DNA of 64,000 bases from Nitrospirota bacterium (GTDB taxonomy: Bacteria > Nitrospirota > Nitrospiria > Nitrospirales > Nitrospiraceae): contig CAVPGK010000016.1 of NCBI GenBank assembly GCA_963703955.1, positions 1 through 64,000 on the forward strand, in the 5' to 3' direction. Shown piece by piece: positions 10,153 to 18,728 of this stretch. A program made the position numbers and the translations under genes. The notes beneath the pieces were generated by a model, which was given only the letters and a program-made list of their open reading frames with translations, did not search any database and had not been told where the DNA came from. Each line of letters opens with the position of its first letter. Positions within the stretch are counted from its first letter, which is position 1.

Positions 10153-11166
10153 ATGCGACCCGTCGCGAACCCGCAGAACCCGTTCGAGTCCCAGTACCGT
10201 GAACTGCTCGAGCCCCCGAGCCAGGTTCGGCTGCAAGTCTTTGAGGATGCCACGCGAGACATTCTCAGCCGGAATGAGAGCCCTGATCTTCCGTTTCGCT
10301 GGAGTCTGAATCCGTACCGCGGCTGCTTTCACGCCTGCGCCTATTGTTACGCGCGCCCGTCCCATGAGTATTGGGGGTTCGGTGCCGGGACTGACTTTGA
10401 ATCAAAGATCGTGGTTAAGCATGAGGCTCCGCGCCTCCTGCGAGAGCGACTGTCCAAACCGTCGTGGAAGGGGGAGTTGATCGTCTTTTCCGGCAACACC
10501 GATTGTTATCAACCGTTGGAAGCGACCTACGGCCTGACGCGCGCGTGTCTGGAGGTCTGCGCCGACTTTCGCAACCCGGTTGGCATCATCACCAAAGCGG
10601 CACTGGTCGTGCGCGATATTGATGTGTTGAAGCGTCTACACGATACGGCATCGATTCGAGTGTATTTCAGCATTCCATTCTCAGACGATGAGACGGCTCG
10701 AAAGGTGGAACCGCAAGCTCCGTCCATTACCAAACGGTTTGCCGCGATGCGAGCGGTCTCTGAGGCCGGTCTCCCGACGGGGATCTCGATCGCGCCCGTG
10801 ATCCCCGGTCTCAATGAAGACGACATCCCTGATTTGCTTCGGCGCGCGCGTCAAGCCGGCGCGCGCGACGCGACGTTCGTGCTGTTGCGCCTATCCGGCA
10901 ATGTCGAACCCGTGTTTCTGGAACGCATGGCTGACGCGTTTCCAGATCGCATCACCAAGATCACGCATCGCCTCCGAGAAGTCCGCGGTGGGAAATTGTC
11001 GGAGGGCGCCTTTTTCGTACGCTACGAGGGTAAGGGTCCTCATTGGCAACTCATTGCGCAATTGTTCGAGGTGAGCCGCCGAAGGGCTGGGTTCCCTGAG
11101 CGTGACGACGCCCCCCTACCGAATACGTTTCGGCGGCCGGGGCCGGAGCAAACGACGCTCTTTTAG
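10153..11166 (+). CDS. PA0069/Rv2578c-family radical SAM protein (SplB-like)
   Basis: NPYRGCFHACAYCYARPSHEY (CxxxCxxC), SGNTDCYQPLE, APVIPGLN; start could be 10102. Confidence 0.92.
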   Translation: MRPVANPQNPFESQYRELLEPPSQVRLQVFEDATRDILSRNESPDLPFRWSLNPYRGCFHACAYCYARPSHEYWGFGAGTDFESKIVVKHEAPRLLRERLSKPSWKGELIVFSGNTDCYQPLEATYGLTRACLEVCADFRNPVGIITKAALVVRDIDVLKRLHDTASIRVYFSIPFSDDETARKVEPQAPSITKRFAAMRAVSEAGLPTGISIAPVIPGLNEDDIPDLLRRARQAGARDATFVLLRLSGNVEPVFLERMADAFPDRITKITHRLREVRGGKLSEGAFFVRYEGKGPHWQLIAQLFEVSRRRAGFPERDDAPLPNTFRRPGPEQTTLF

Positions 11167-11238
11167 CATCCACTCCCGTGCCCTCCATCTCTAGAGTTGG
11201 GGAGGGAAGGATCGGGGGAAGGTTGGGTAGATGGAGCG

Positions 11239-11619
11239 ATGAAACACAACCCCGGATTTCTACAACTCGTCGAAGATGCGCGGAAACGCATTGCGGAATG
11301 CACCGTGGCGGAGGTCAAAGCCAGATTGGATCGCGGCGAACGAGTGCATTTCGTCGACGTGCGGGAGGACAACGAATTTGCGAAGGATCATGCGAAAGGC
11401 GCCACACATCTGGGAAGGGGAATTTTGGAGCGAGACATCGAGACGTTGATTCCAGACAAACACGCTCCGATCATCCTGTATTGCGGCGGAGGCTTTCGGT
11501 CCGCCCTGTCCGCCGATAGCTTGAGACAGATGGGTTACACCGACGTCCAGTCCATGATCGGCGGAATTAAGGCGTGGCGGGAGGCCGGCTATCCGCTGGA
11601 GCCCGAGCAGACATCGTAG
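11239..11619 (+). CDS. Rhodanese-like sulfurtransferase
   Basis: DVREDNE, LYCGGGFRSAL, MGY..V.SM.GG. Confidence 0.93.
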   Translation: MKHNPGFLQLVEDARKRIAECTVAEVKARLDRGERVHFVDVREDNEFAKDHAKGATHLGRGILERDIETLIPDKHAPIILYCGGGFRSALSADSLRQMGYTDVQSMIGGIKAWREAGYPLEPEQTS

Positions 11620-11812
11620 CAGGCCGTGACCACCGGCGGTATCATCGCCTGAATCGTGACTTGCGTCAAGGCTACGGAGATCCAGCGGCCTTGAAGGCAT
11701 GCAGAGGAGAGAAGAGGCGTCGCGTCCTCCCGCGACATGAAGTCATTTCTTACTGGGTAGTCAAAGGTCGCTGCGTGCGCTGCGGAACCCCCGAAGGCTT
11801 TGCGCCTTCTTG

Positions 11813-12373
11813 CTACTTGTTCTGCCGGTCGAATTCTTTGATGACTTGGTCGGTGAGATCGAGGGCGTCGCGGTGGTAAATGACGATTTTAATAGTGCTC
11901 TCGCTCCCCTTGTCGACGACGAGCGTGAACCCGCCCTTTTCGGCCACCGTCCGGGTCGCGGCTCCGATTTTTTTCATGTATTCATCGACGAGTTCTTTCT
12001 GCTTGCCGGCTAACTCCTGATTAAACTCCTGCGCGCGCCGTTGGTAGTCTTGAAGCTTGGTTCGGAATTGGCCTTGCTTTTCACGTTTTTGCGACTCACT
12101 CAGGGAGCTTTCCTGTTCTTTGAGTTGTTTTTCTAAAGTCTTGAGGTCTTCTTCGTCGCTGCCCAGAAGTTTTTGCCTCGTTCCAGCATATTCTTTCAGC
12201 GTGTCAAGCGCCCGCTTGCCGGCTTTCGACTTTTCGAGAACAGCCTGTGGATCCACCACCCCCATCTTGAAGGACTCCGCTGCCTGAGGCGTCCCTAAAA
12301 GTCCAGTCTGGAGGAGGGTCGCAATCATTGCGGCGGTAGCCAGAATCATGACCGGGCGTTGTCTTCGTCCCAT
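11813..12373 (-). CDS. skp: OmpH/Skp periplasmic chaperone
   Basis: Signal peptide, KMGVVD, long coiled coil, DLTDQVIK; SD GGAAGGAG. Confidence 0.88.
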   Translation of the reverse strand: MGRRQRPVMILATAAMIATLLQTGLLGTPQAAESFKMGVVDPQAVLEKSKAGKRALDTLKEYAGTRQKLLGSDEEDLKTLEKQLKEQESSLSESQKREKQGQFRTKLQDYQRRAQEFNQELAGKQKELVDEYMKKIGAATRTVAEKGGFTLVVDKGSESTIKIVIYHRDALDLTDQVIKEFDRQNK

Positions 12374-12498
12374 CGATCTTCTCCTTCCCGATTCCTTGTG
12401 AGCCGGTTGTTCCATTGTCGAGTGGTTCAAAGTCTGCGGAGAATAGCCTTCTAGGGATAGCGTGTCAAGCAAGACAATGTCCGACTCTTGCGGGTGGG

Positions 12499-12565
12499 AT
12501 TTGATTCCGCCTTGACAAGACGCGAGAGAATTTTGACAGGATTTTTATGTTCTGATTGATAGACT
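12499..12565 (+). promoter_or_regulatory. P1: four-repeat putative KdpE box with -10 TAGACT
   Basis: ATTTGATT-3-CCTTGACA-13-TTTTGACA-3-TTTTTATG-10-TAGACT. Confidence 0.65.
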
Positions 12566-12639
12566 GAGCGCGGGATTTGGCCTGAAGCCTTCTCCCTCGC
12601 AGGACTCGTTGAATCCTGCTCTAGCGGGGGTAGATAAGC

Positions 12640-12750
12640 ATGCCAGAATTTGTGATGGATCTCGTGTGTATCGGCCTCGTGGTCGTCTTCTTCCTGGCTT
12701 CGGGTTGGCTTGTGAACGTCCCTCTCCAACCGATTTTGACACAATCTTGA
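12640..12750 (+). CDS. Small single-TM peptide, paralogue of the pre-kdpF peptide
   Basis: MPEFVMDLVCIGLVVVFFLASGWLVNV...; aligns with [26 protein letters not shown] at 16718. Confidence 0.6.
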   Translation: MPEFVMDLVCIGLVVVFFLASGWLVNVPLQPILTQS

Positions 12751-12800
12751 CGCTCCCCAATCAGATTTTGACCCCGTTTTGACGCAGTCCCGTGTAAGGT
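12734..12800 (+). promoter_or_regulatory. P2: four-repeat putative KdpE box with -10 TAAGGT
   Basis: TTTTGACA-3-TCTTGACG-13-TTTTGACC-3-TTTTGACG-10-TAAGGT. Confidence 0.7.
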
Positions 12801-13074
12801 ATGGGTATGCTTTGCACAAGCTCCGGAACCAGAGGACTTGGTGCGAGCGAAGCATCCGCTGTTGTGAACTCGGGGATGATGTACTCAGCATCATTTGTCA
12901 GTTCGATGGTCTCAACTATCCGGCATCATCGCATGGGCTACTGGAACAAGACCGTACCAGGACACCCATATAGAATATATCGGTTCACATGAAGCCTGTG
13001 ACGATGCAATGAGGTAAACGAGTCCGGGCGTAACAGCAGGTGCCCATAGCTGAATCGCACCGTTGGAGGTCAAC

Positions 13075-13167
13075 ATGGACTTGGCTTTGGTCTTAATTGT
13101 TCTGCTGGTGTTGATGATCGTCTTCCCATTCCTGATCGCGTGGCTGGTCAAGACGGTCGACGCATAG
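13075..13167 (+). CDS. Small single-TM peptide (30 aa)
   Basis: SD GGAGGT; MDLALVLIVLLVLMIVFPFLIAWLVKTVDA. Confidence 0.7.
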   Translation: MDLALVLIVLLVLMIVFPFLIAWLVKTVDA

Positions 13168-13322
13168 GCGGAAGGCGCTGAGAAACGGACCGTTCATCCC
13201 GCGCTTCCATCGCACGAGAGCATCAGTGGAGCCACCCGGCGCGCGCCAAAGCCATAGTGGCATCCTCCGTCGCCTCCTTACCATACTGACACGGAGATCA
13301 GGTTCAGACTCTCTCACTGCCG

Positions 13323-13390
13323 TTTTTACACTTTTTTGACACAAGACTCTTCGGTTTTTACCCCCTTTTGACCAGGTCTGGACGTAAGTT
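13323..13390 (+). promoter_or_regulatory. P3: four-repeat putative KdpE box with -10 TAAGTT
   Basis: TTTTTACA-3-TTTTGACA-13-TTTTTACC-3-TTTTGACC-11-TAAGTT. Confidence 0.7.
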
Positions 13391-13426
13391 GAATCGGATA
13401 GAGGTCATGAGCACACTGAGCACTGT

Positions 13427-13567
13427 ATGGATTATCAATTAGCCTTATTGCTGGCCATCCTCGCATCGCTGTGGGGCATCGCCTTCATCATATTGACGAT
13501 TCGGCAGTGGACCGAGAGGCAGGACGCAGGGCGTCGGAATCCTCTGCACGGGAATGACGGCCAGTGA
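13427..13567 (+). CDS. Small single-TM peptide (46 aa)
   Basis: MDYQLALLLAILASLWGIAFIILTIRQWTERQDAGRRNPLHGNDGQ directly after P3. Confidence 0.6.
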   Translation: MDYQLALLLAILASLWGIAFIILTIRQWTERQDAGRRNPLHGNDGQ

Positions 13568-14009
13568 AGGACATGTCACGGATACGGTTCTTAGTCCTCC
13601 ATCTCTTGACCCTAGGTCACAATCTGAGACTCACCCGAAGAGCTGTCTCACTCGATAAGGTGCTGCTGGCAAATGTCTTGATCGTGATCAAGCCATAGAA
13701 CCAACCGCTCTCTAAGGACCCTAGTCATGGTCGGATTGTTTCGGGGGATGATAGGAATGATCTGAAGACCATGTCCGTGGCTTGAATGCTCCTTTATCAG
13801 ATTGGAAAGAGCCCTGAGAAGATACTGGCCCGAGCCGCGGTGAGAAGCGCACCAATCATCGAGAATGGCCACGGCCTGCCTCCTATTTGTGTGGCAGCAG
13901 CACTGCTTGCTTCATCAACCGACTCCGCTCCTCCTAGATTACGAATCACTGCGTTGGCGCCGACACCTCTACATGGTTTCCTCCAAGACCAGCCGCCTCA
14001 AGGTCGCAC

Positions 14010-15347
14010 ATGACCACGGCGCTTTGCATTTTCAGTCTTACCTATCTCGCCATTGCGACACAGCGGATTCACAAGACCATCATCGCCTTGTTCGGCGCGG
14101 TGCTGATGATTGCTTTCGATGTGCTGAGTCAGGAGGAGGCCTTCTACTCACGTGACTACGGGGTGGACTACAATGTGATTTTTCTGCTCGTCGGCATGAT
14201 GGTCATTATCAACATCACGCGCACCAGCGGGCTGTTCGAGTGGCTGGCGGTGTGGATCGCTCAAGCGGCGGATGCCCGACCATTCCCGATGCTGGCACTG
14301 CTCACGATCGCCACAGCCGTGATTTCCGCGTTCCTCAACAATGTCACGACCGTGCTGCTCATCGCGCCCGTGACGATAGACATCGCGCGTCGTCTTGAGC
14401 TGAATCCAATCCCCTATCTGGTTGCAGAAGCAATGGCATCGAATATCGGCGGAGCCGCGACGTTGATCGGCGATCCGACCACATTGATGATCGGTAGCAA
14501 GGGGTCCTTCACCTTCGTGAGCTTCCTCGTGAACATGGCCCCACTCGTGATCCTCGTCCTGGCGGGCCTCGTGGGAGGGCTCTGGCTCACCATTGGTCGC
14601 CATCTGACCGTGAACCAGGATCTGCGCGCATCGGTCCTCCAACTTGACGCGTGGCGGTCGGTCCGGGACCCCCGACTTCTCAAGCAGAGCTGTTGGCTCC
14701 TAACCCTGGTCGTTCTGGGATTCGCGTTCACCGGACCGCTCAAGATGGAGCCGGCTACCATTGCGCTGCTCGGCGCAAGTCTGTTCATGCTGGTCGGATA
14801 CCGACAGAATCAGATTGCCGGTGACACCAGCATCGATTCGTTGACCCAGGTAGAGTGGAGCACGATTTTTTTCTTTATCGGTCTCTTCATTCTGGTGGGC
14901 GGAGTCGTCAAGGTCGGTGCCGTTCGCTGGATCGCTGACCACTTGGTCACGGTCAGCGGGGGGAATCTTCCGCTGATGACCTTGACCCTCCTCTGGGGCT
15001 CAGGATTCGTGTCATCCGTCGTGGACAATATTCCGTATGTCGCGACGATGATTCCTCTGATCGTCCATGTGGCACGCGCCGCGCATCCGGACGTGACCGA
15101 CTATGCCGCGCTGGTGCAGCATGCTGATGTCCTGCCACTATGGTGGGCACTGGCAGCCGGTGGGTGCTTCGGCGGAAACGGCACGCTCGTCGGAGCATCG
15201 GCAAACGTCTTAGTTGTAGACATTGCACGGCGGGCCGGGATCACGATTTCGTTCAGACAATTTCTTGCTTACGGCCTGCCGGTGATGGTGGGGTCACTGT
15301 CAATCAGCACCCTCTATTTATGGTTGCGGTTCTTTGCCTTTCGCTAA
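14010..15347 (+). CDS. ArsB/NhaD (IT superfamily, P-protein-like) permease
   Basis: SAFLNNVTT, SNIGGAATLIGDP, SSVVDNIPYV, GGNGTLVGASANV; about 11-12 TM. Confidence 0.9.
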   Translation: MTTALCIFSLTYLAIATQRIHKTIIALFGAVLMIAFDVLSQEEAFYSRDYGVDYNVIFLLVGMMVIINITRTSGLFEWLAVWIAQAADARPFPMLALLTIATAVISAFLNNVTTVLLIAPVTIDIARRLELNPIPYLVAEAMASNIGGAATLIGDPTTLMIGSKGSFTFVSFLVNMAPLVILVLAGLVGGLWLTIGRHLTVNQDLRASVLQLDAWRSVRDPRLLKQSCWLLTLVVLGFAFTGPLKMEPATIALLGASLFMLVGYRQNQIAGDTSIDSLTQVEWSTIFFFIGLFILVGGVVKVGAVRWIADHLVTVSGGNLPLMTLTLLWGSGFVSSVVDNIPYVATMIPLIVHVARAAHPDVTDYAALVQHADVLPLWWALAAGGCFGGNGTLVGASANVLVVDIARRAGITISFRQFLAYGLPVMVGSLSISTLYLWLRFFAFR

Positions 15348-15539
15348 AAGCCACTGTCACCGAGCTTCTCCCTTCTCTCACTTCTCTTTTCCCGAAACTC
15401 CGCCCGTTTCGCCTTCTTTTGTTTGTTGATGACATTTTGATGCTCTGCCTCTTCAACCGCTAAGCGAGCGGAGTGTCCGTGCCAGAAGCGGCTCAGATCG
15501 GCGACATTTTCGCGGAACCCCAATCCGCGTCGGATCACG

Positions 15540-15693
15540 GGCTCTCGTAGTCGAAGAAGCATGCCTGCACGGCTATGCCCTTGCCGGACCATTGGCGAAG
15601 ACTTGGTTTACTAACCGCTGCAAAAGCCATCTCTGTGCCGGCGAGGAGAGCGTTGAAAAGCAAACATACGAGAATCACTCCTGTCTCTAACAT
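15540..15693 (-). pseudogene. N-terminal fragment of a CNNM/DUF21 (TlyC-like) protein
   Basis: ILVCLLFNALLAGTEMAFAAVSKPSL, then frameshift into RAGMLLRLRE.P; truncated. Confidence 0.7.
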
Positions 15694-15869
15694 AGTCTGA
15701 CCCTTTCCCGTCTCGGAAATCTCTGCTTGCCAGAATGGCTCGTCAGTGGAGAATAGATGCTGTGCGCACAAAATTATCTCATGCCGTTCGATGCATGGAC
15801 CGAGATCTGGCTACATAAGTCGTCACTGTGGTACATGCCCACAAGGCACTTCCTCGCACAATCCCTGGA

Positions 15870-16199
15870 CTACCTTGGCCAATACATGATGACACCGACG
15901 CCTAGAAGGCATATGAGGCCTCCCAGGACGTCATATCGATCTGGACTGATGTGGTCAATGGCCCATCCCCACAGGATTGAGAGCACGACAAACACCCCGC
16001 CATAAGCGGCATACACACGGCCAAAGTGCGTGGGCTGATACGTCGGCACGATTCCGTACAAGAATAAAATCATGGCTCCCATCGCGCCTAGCAGCCACGG
16101 AGCCCCATTTCGCCACCACTGCCAGACCAGATATCCTCCTCCTATCTCGCACATTCCGGCCAAGGCGAACAGCGCAAGCGATTGTCCAACTAGCAACAT
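15870..16199 (-). CDS. YnfA/UPF0060 small membrane protein
   Basis: [36 protein letters not shown]. Confidence 0.93.
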   Translation of the reverse strand: MLLVGQSLALFALAGMCEIGGGYLVWQWWRNGAPWLLGAMGAMILFLYGIVPTYQPTHFGRVYAAYGGVFVVLSILWGWAIDHISPDRYDVLGGLICLLGVGVIMYWPR

Positions 16200-16267
16200 T
16201 ACCGTCGCTCCTTTCATGCTTAGCTCCGCTCGATTGAGCGGGCTGTGGGCGCTGCAGAGGTTGACAT

Positions 16268-16334
16268 TTTTGACGCTTCCTTCACTTTTGTCGAGTCTAT
16301 TTTGACGGCTTTTTGACATGAGGATGGGTATTAT
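16268..16334 (+). promoter_or_regulatory. P4: four-repeat putative KdpE box with -10 TATTAT
   Basis: TTTTGACG-3-CCTTCACT-13-TTTTGACG-3-TTTTGACA-10-TATTAT. Confidence 0.7.
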
Positions 16335-16401
16335 GCGAATCGATGGCACATGCCCGCGAGTTTACAAGTTGAAAGCTGAAGGCGAAGGCGAGTTTCACGA
16401 C

Positions 16402-16638
16402 ATGGTGAACGTCAAGACGATGACTCAAATGCTGGCTTCGATGGGGAGCATGTGCAAGCGAACTATTTCTCTGCGAACGGCCGCGCTGGGGCCGCAAGAT
16501 CAGACAGAGCCGTGTCCGCGCTCTGCACGACGGCATAGCCAACGGACCAAGGACGATCTTCGACACGCCCTCCAGCAACTCAAGGCCATGCAGGAGCTCC
16601 GCACCGGCAGGTCCAGGAACCCGCGCCAGGCGGCGTGA
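16402..16638 (+). CDS. Hypothetical small soluble protein downstream of P4
   Basis: 78-aa ORF with a helical-looking C-terminus (DDLRHALQQLKAMQEL); fills the gap between P4 and P5. Confidence 0.45.
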   Translation: MVNVKTMTQMLASMGSMCKRTISLRTAALGPQDQTEPCPRSARRHSQRTKDDLRHALQQLKAMQELRTGRSRNPRQAA

Positions 16639-16658
16639 AACCACCTGGGTCCTAACGA

Positions 16659-16693
16659 TTTTGACACCTTTTTTACGCACCATTTGATAGGCT
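16659..16693 (+). promoter_or_regulatory. P5: two-repeat putative KdpE box with -10 TAGGCT (kdpFABC promoter)
   Basis: TTTTGACA-3-TTTTTACG-10-TAGGCT immediately upstream of the kdp operon. Confidence 0.75.
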
Positions 16694-16717
16694 CTCACCG
16701 CGATGGTGGACACAAGC

Positions 16718-16798
16718 ATGGACATTATTTTCATAGGTTTAGGAATCGGGTTCTTCGTCGTGTCCGGTTGGCTCATCTCCGCGCTAAACCGGCTGTAG
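16718..16798 (+). CDS. Small hydrophobic peptide preceding kdpF (26 aa)
   Basis: [26 protein letters not shown]; alternative in-frame start at 16703. Confidence 0.75.
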   Translation: MDIIFIGLGIGFFVVSGWLISALNRL

Positions 16799-16815
16799 GG
16801 AGAGTTGCGCAGCTT

Positions 16816-16896
16816 ATGTATGTTCTAGGCGCCCTGCTGTCATTTGGTCTACTCGTGTATCTCATGATCGCCCTTCTGAAACCGGAATGGTTCTGA
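16816..16896 (+). CDS. kdpF: K+-transporting ATPase subunit F
   Basis: [26 protein letters not shown] has the YL..ALL.PE.F signature; stop overlaps the kdpA start. Confidence 0.93.
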   Translation: MYVLGALLSFGLLVYLMIALLKPEWF

Positions 16897-18692
16897 TGAC
16901 GACCAACGGGCTGATGCAAATCGCGCTCTTCTTTGCGATGCTCCTGATACTCGTCAAGCCGCTCGGCTGGTACATGGCACGCGTGTATGAGGGTAACCCA
17001 TGCGGCCTTGATCGCGTGCTGGGTCCGGTTGAGCGCTTGATCTATCGCCTGAGCGGCATACGCCCTCATGAGGAGATGGATTGGAAGACGTACGCCGTCG
17101 GGATGCTGCTGTTCAATGCCGCCGGGTTGGTGGCCCTCTATGTCTTGCAACGCGCGCAGGGACTCCTGCCGCTGAATCCACAGACATTCGGCGGCGTCGC
17201 CCCCGATCTCGCCTTTAACACGGCGGCCAGTTTTACGACCAATACGAACTGGCAAGCGTATGGCGGCGAATCCACGTTGAGTTATCTGACCCAGATGCTG
17301 GGGATGACGGTACAAAACTTCGTATCCGCCGCGACGGGGATGGCCATTCTTGTCGCGTTCATCCGTGGACTTGTCCGCCGCAGCTCTCAAACGATCGGCA
17401 ACTTCTGGGTTGATTTGGTCCGGAGCACCCTCTATATCCTGCTGCCTCTGGCGCTCATGCTGGCGATCCTTCTCGTGTCCCAAGGTGTCGTGCAGACCCC
17501 TGGCTCCTATCAAACCGCCTCGCTGCTGCAGCCCGTAAGCTACGACAAGCCGATGACGGACGCCGGGGGACAGCCGGTCCTCGACCAGACGGACCGGCCG
17601 AAAACTGAACAGGCTAAGGTCAGTGAGCAGAGCCTGGCGGTGGGACCTGCTGCGTCCCAGATCGCGATCAAGCAACTGGGAACCAACGGTGGGGGATTCT
17701 TCAACGTCAATTCGGCCCATCCATTCGAGAATCCGACTCCCTTGTCGAACTTTCTCGAGGTGCTGGCCATCCTGCTGATCCCGGCAGCGCTCTGTTACAC
17801 CTTCGGGCACATGGTGGGGGACACGCGCCAGGGGTGGGCCTTTCTCGCCGCGATGACCATCATCCTTGTCGTATTTCTGGGTTTCGGTTACTGGGCCGAG
17901 CAGACCGGCAACCCAACCTTCACGAAGCTGGGTGTGCTGCAAGCGAGCGGCGGACAACAGCCGGGCGGCAACATGGAAGGCAAAGAGGCTCGGTTCGGGA
18001 TCGTCAACTCCACGCTATGGGCCGCCGCGACGACGGCCGCGTCCAACGGCTCGGTCAATTCCATGCACGACTCCTATACGCCGCTTGGCGGACTGGTTCC
18101 GCTCTTCTTGATGCAGTTTGGAGAAGTCGTCTTCGGGGGCGTCGGATCAGGTTTGTACGGCATGCTGATTTTCGCCATCATCGCCGTCTTTGTGGCCGGC
18201 CTGATGGTGGGACGCACGCCGGAATATCTCGGCAAGAAAATCGAACCATATGAAATGAAAATGGCGTCGCTCCTGATCTTGATCATGCCGATCGTCGTGC
18301 TGGTGTGCACCGCGATAGCTGCGGTGACTGATGTCGGCAAAGGTTCAATTCTGAACCCGGGACCCCACGGCTTCAGCGAGATTCTGTACGCGTTTACGTC
18401 TCAGGGCAACAACAACGGGAGCGCCTTCGCCGGACTCAACGCCAATACGCCCTTTTACAACACCACCGGTGGCATAGCCATGCTGATCTCTCGATTCTGG
18501 TTGGCAGTTCCCACCTTGGCTCTAGCCGGCTCGTTGGCACGCAAAAAGTTGGTGCCATCGGGACCCGGCACATTGCTGACCCATACGCCTCTGTTTGTGG
18601 TGTTGCTCATGGGAACAGTGGTACTCGTGGGCGCGCTCACCTTCGTACCGGCGCTCGCGTTGGGGCCGATCGTCGAACATCTGCTGATGTGA
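16896..18692 (+). CDS. kdpA: K+-transporting ATPase subunit A, copy 1 (canonical filter)
   Basis: [41 protein letters not shown]. Confidence 0.98.
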   Translation: MTTNGLMQIALFFAMLLILVKPLGWYMARVYEGNPCGLDRVLGPVERLIYRLSGIRPHEEMDWKTYAVGMLLFNAAGLVALYVLQRAQGLLPLNPQTFGGVAPDLAFNTAASFTTNTNWQAYGGESTLSYLTQMLGMTVQNFVSAATGMAILVAFIRGLVRRSSQTIGNFWVDLVRSTLYILLPLALMLAILLVSQGVVQTPGSYQTASLLQPVSYDKPMTDAGGQPVLDQTDRPKTEQAKVSEQSLAVGPAASQIAIKQLGTNGGGFFNVNSAHPFENPTPLSNFLEVLAILLIPAALCYTFGHMVGDTRQGWAFLAAMTIILVVFLGFGYWAEQTGNPTFTKLGVLQASGGQQPGGNMEGKEARFGIVNSTLWAAATTAASNGSVNSMHDSYTPLGGLVPLFLMQFGEVVFGGVGSGLYGMLIFAIIAVFVAGLMVGRTPEYLGKKIEPYEMKMASLLILIMPIVVLVCTAIAAVTDVGKGSILNPGPHGFSEILYAFTSQGNNNGSAFAGLNANTPFYNTTGGIAMLISRFWLAVPTLALAGSLARKKLVPSGPGTLLTHTPLFVVLLMGTVVLVGALTFVPALALGPIVEHLLM

Positions 18693-18728
18693 GCCTATGA
18701 CCATATCACGATCATTGAGGACACACCG

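Noticed and set aside
12510..12790. TTGAC repeats as ordinary sigma70 -35 boxes
   Set aside because: Spacing to the -10 is 10-11 or 21-22 nt rather than about 17, which fits activator boxes better
15344..15480. Ferritin-like LAxEEAEH fragment on the minus strand
   Set aside because: A single short motif in low-complexity sequence
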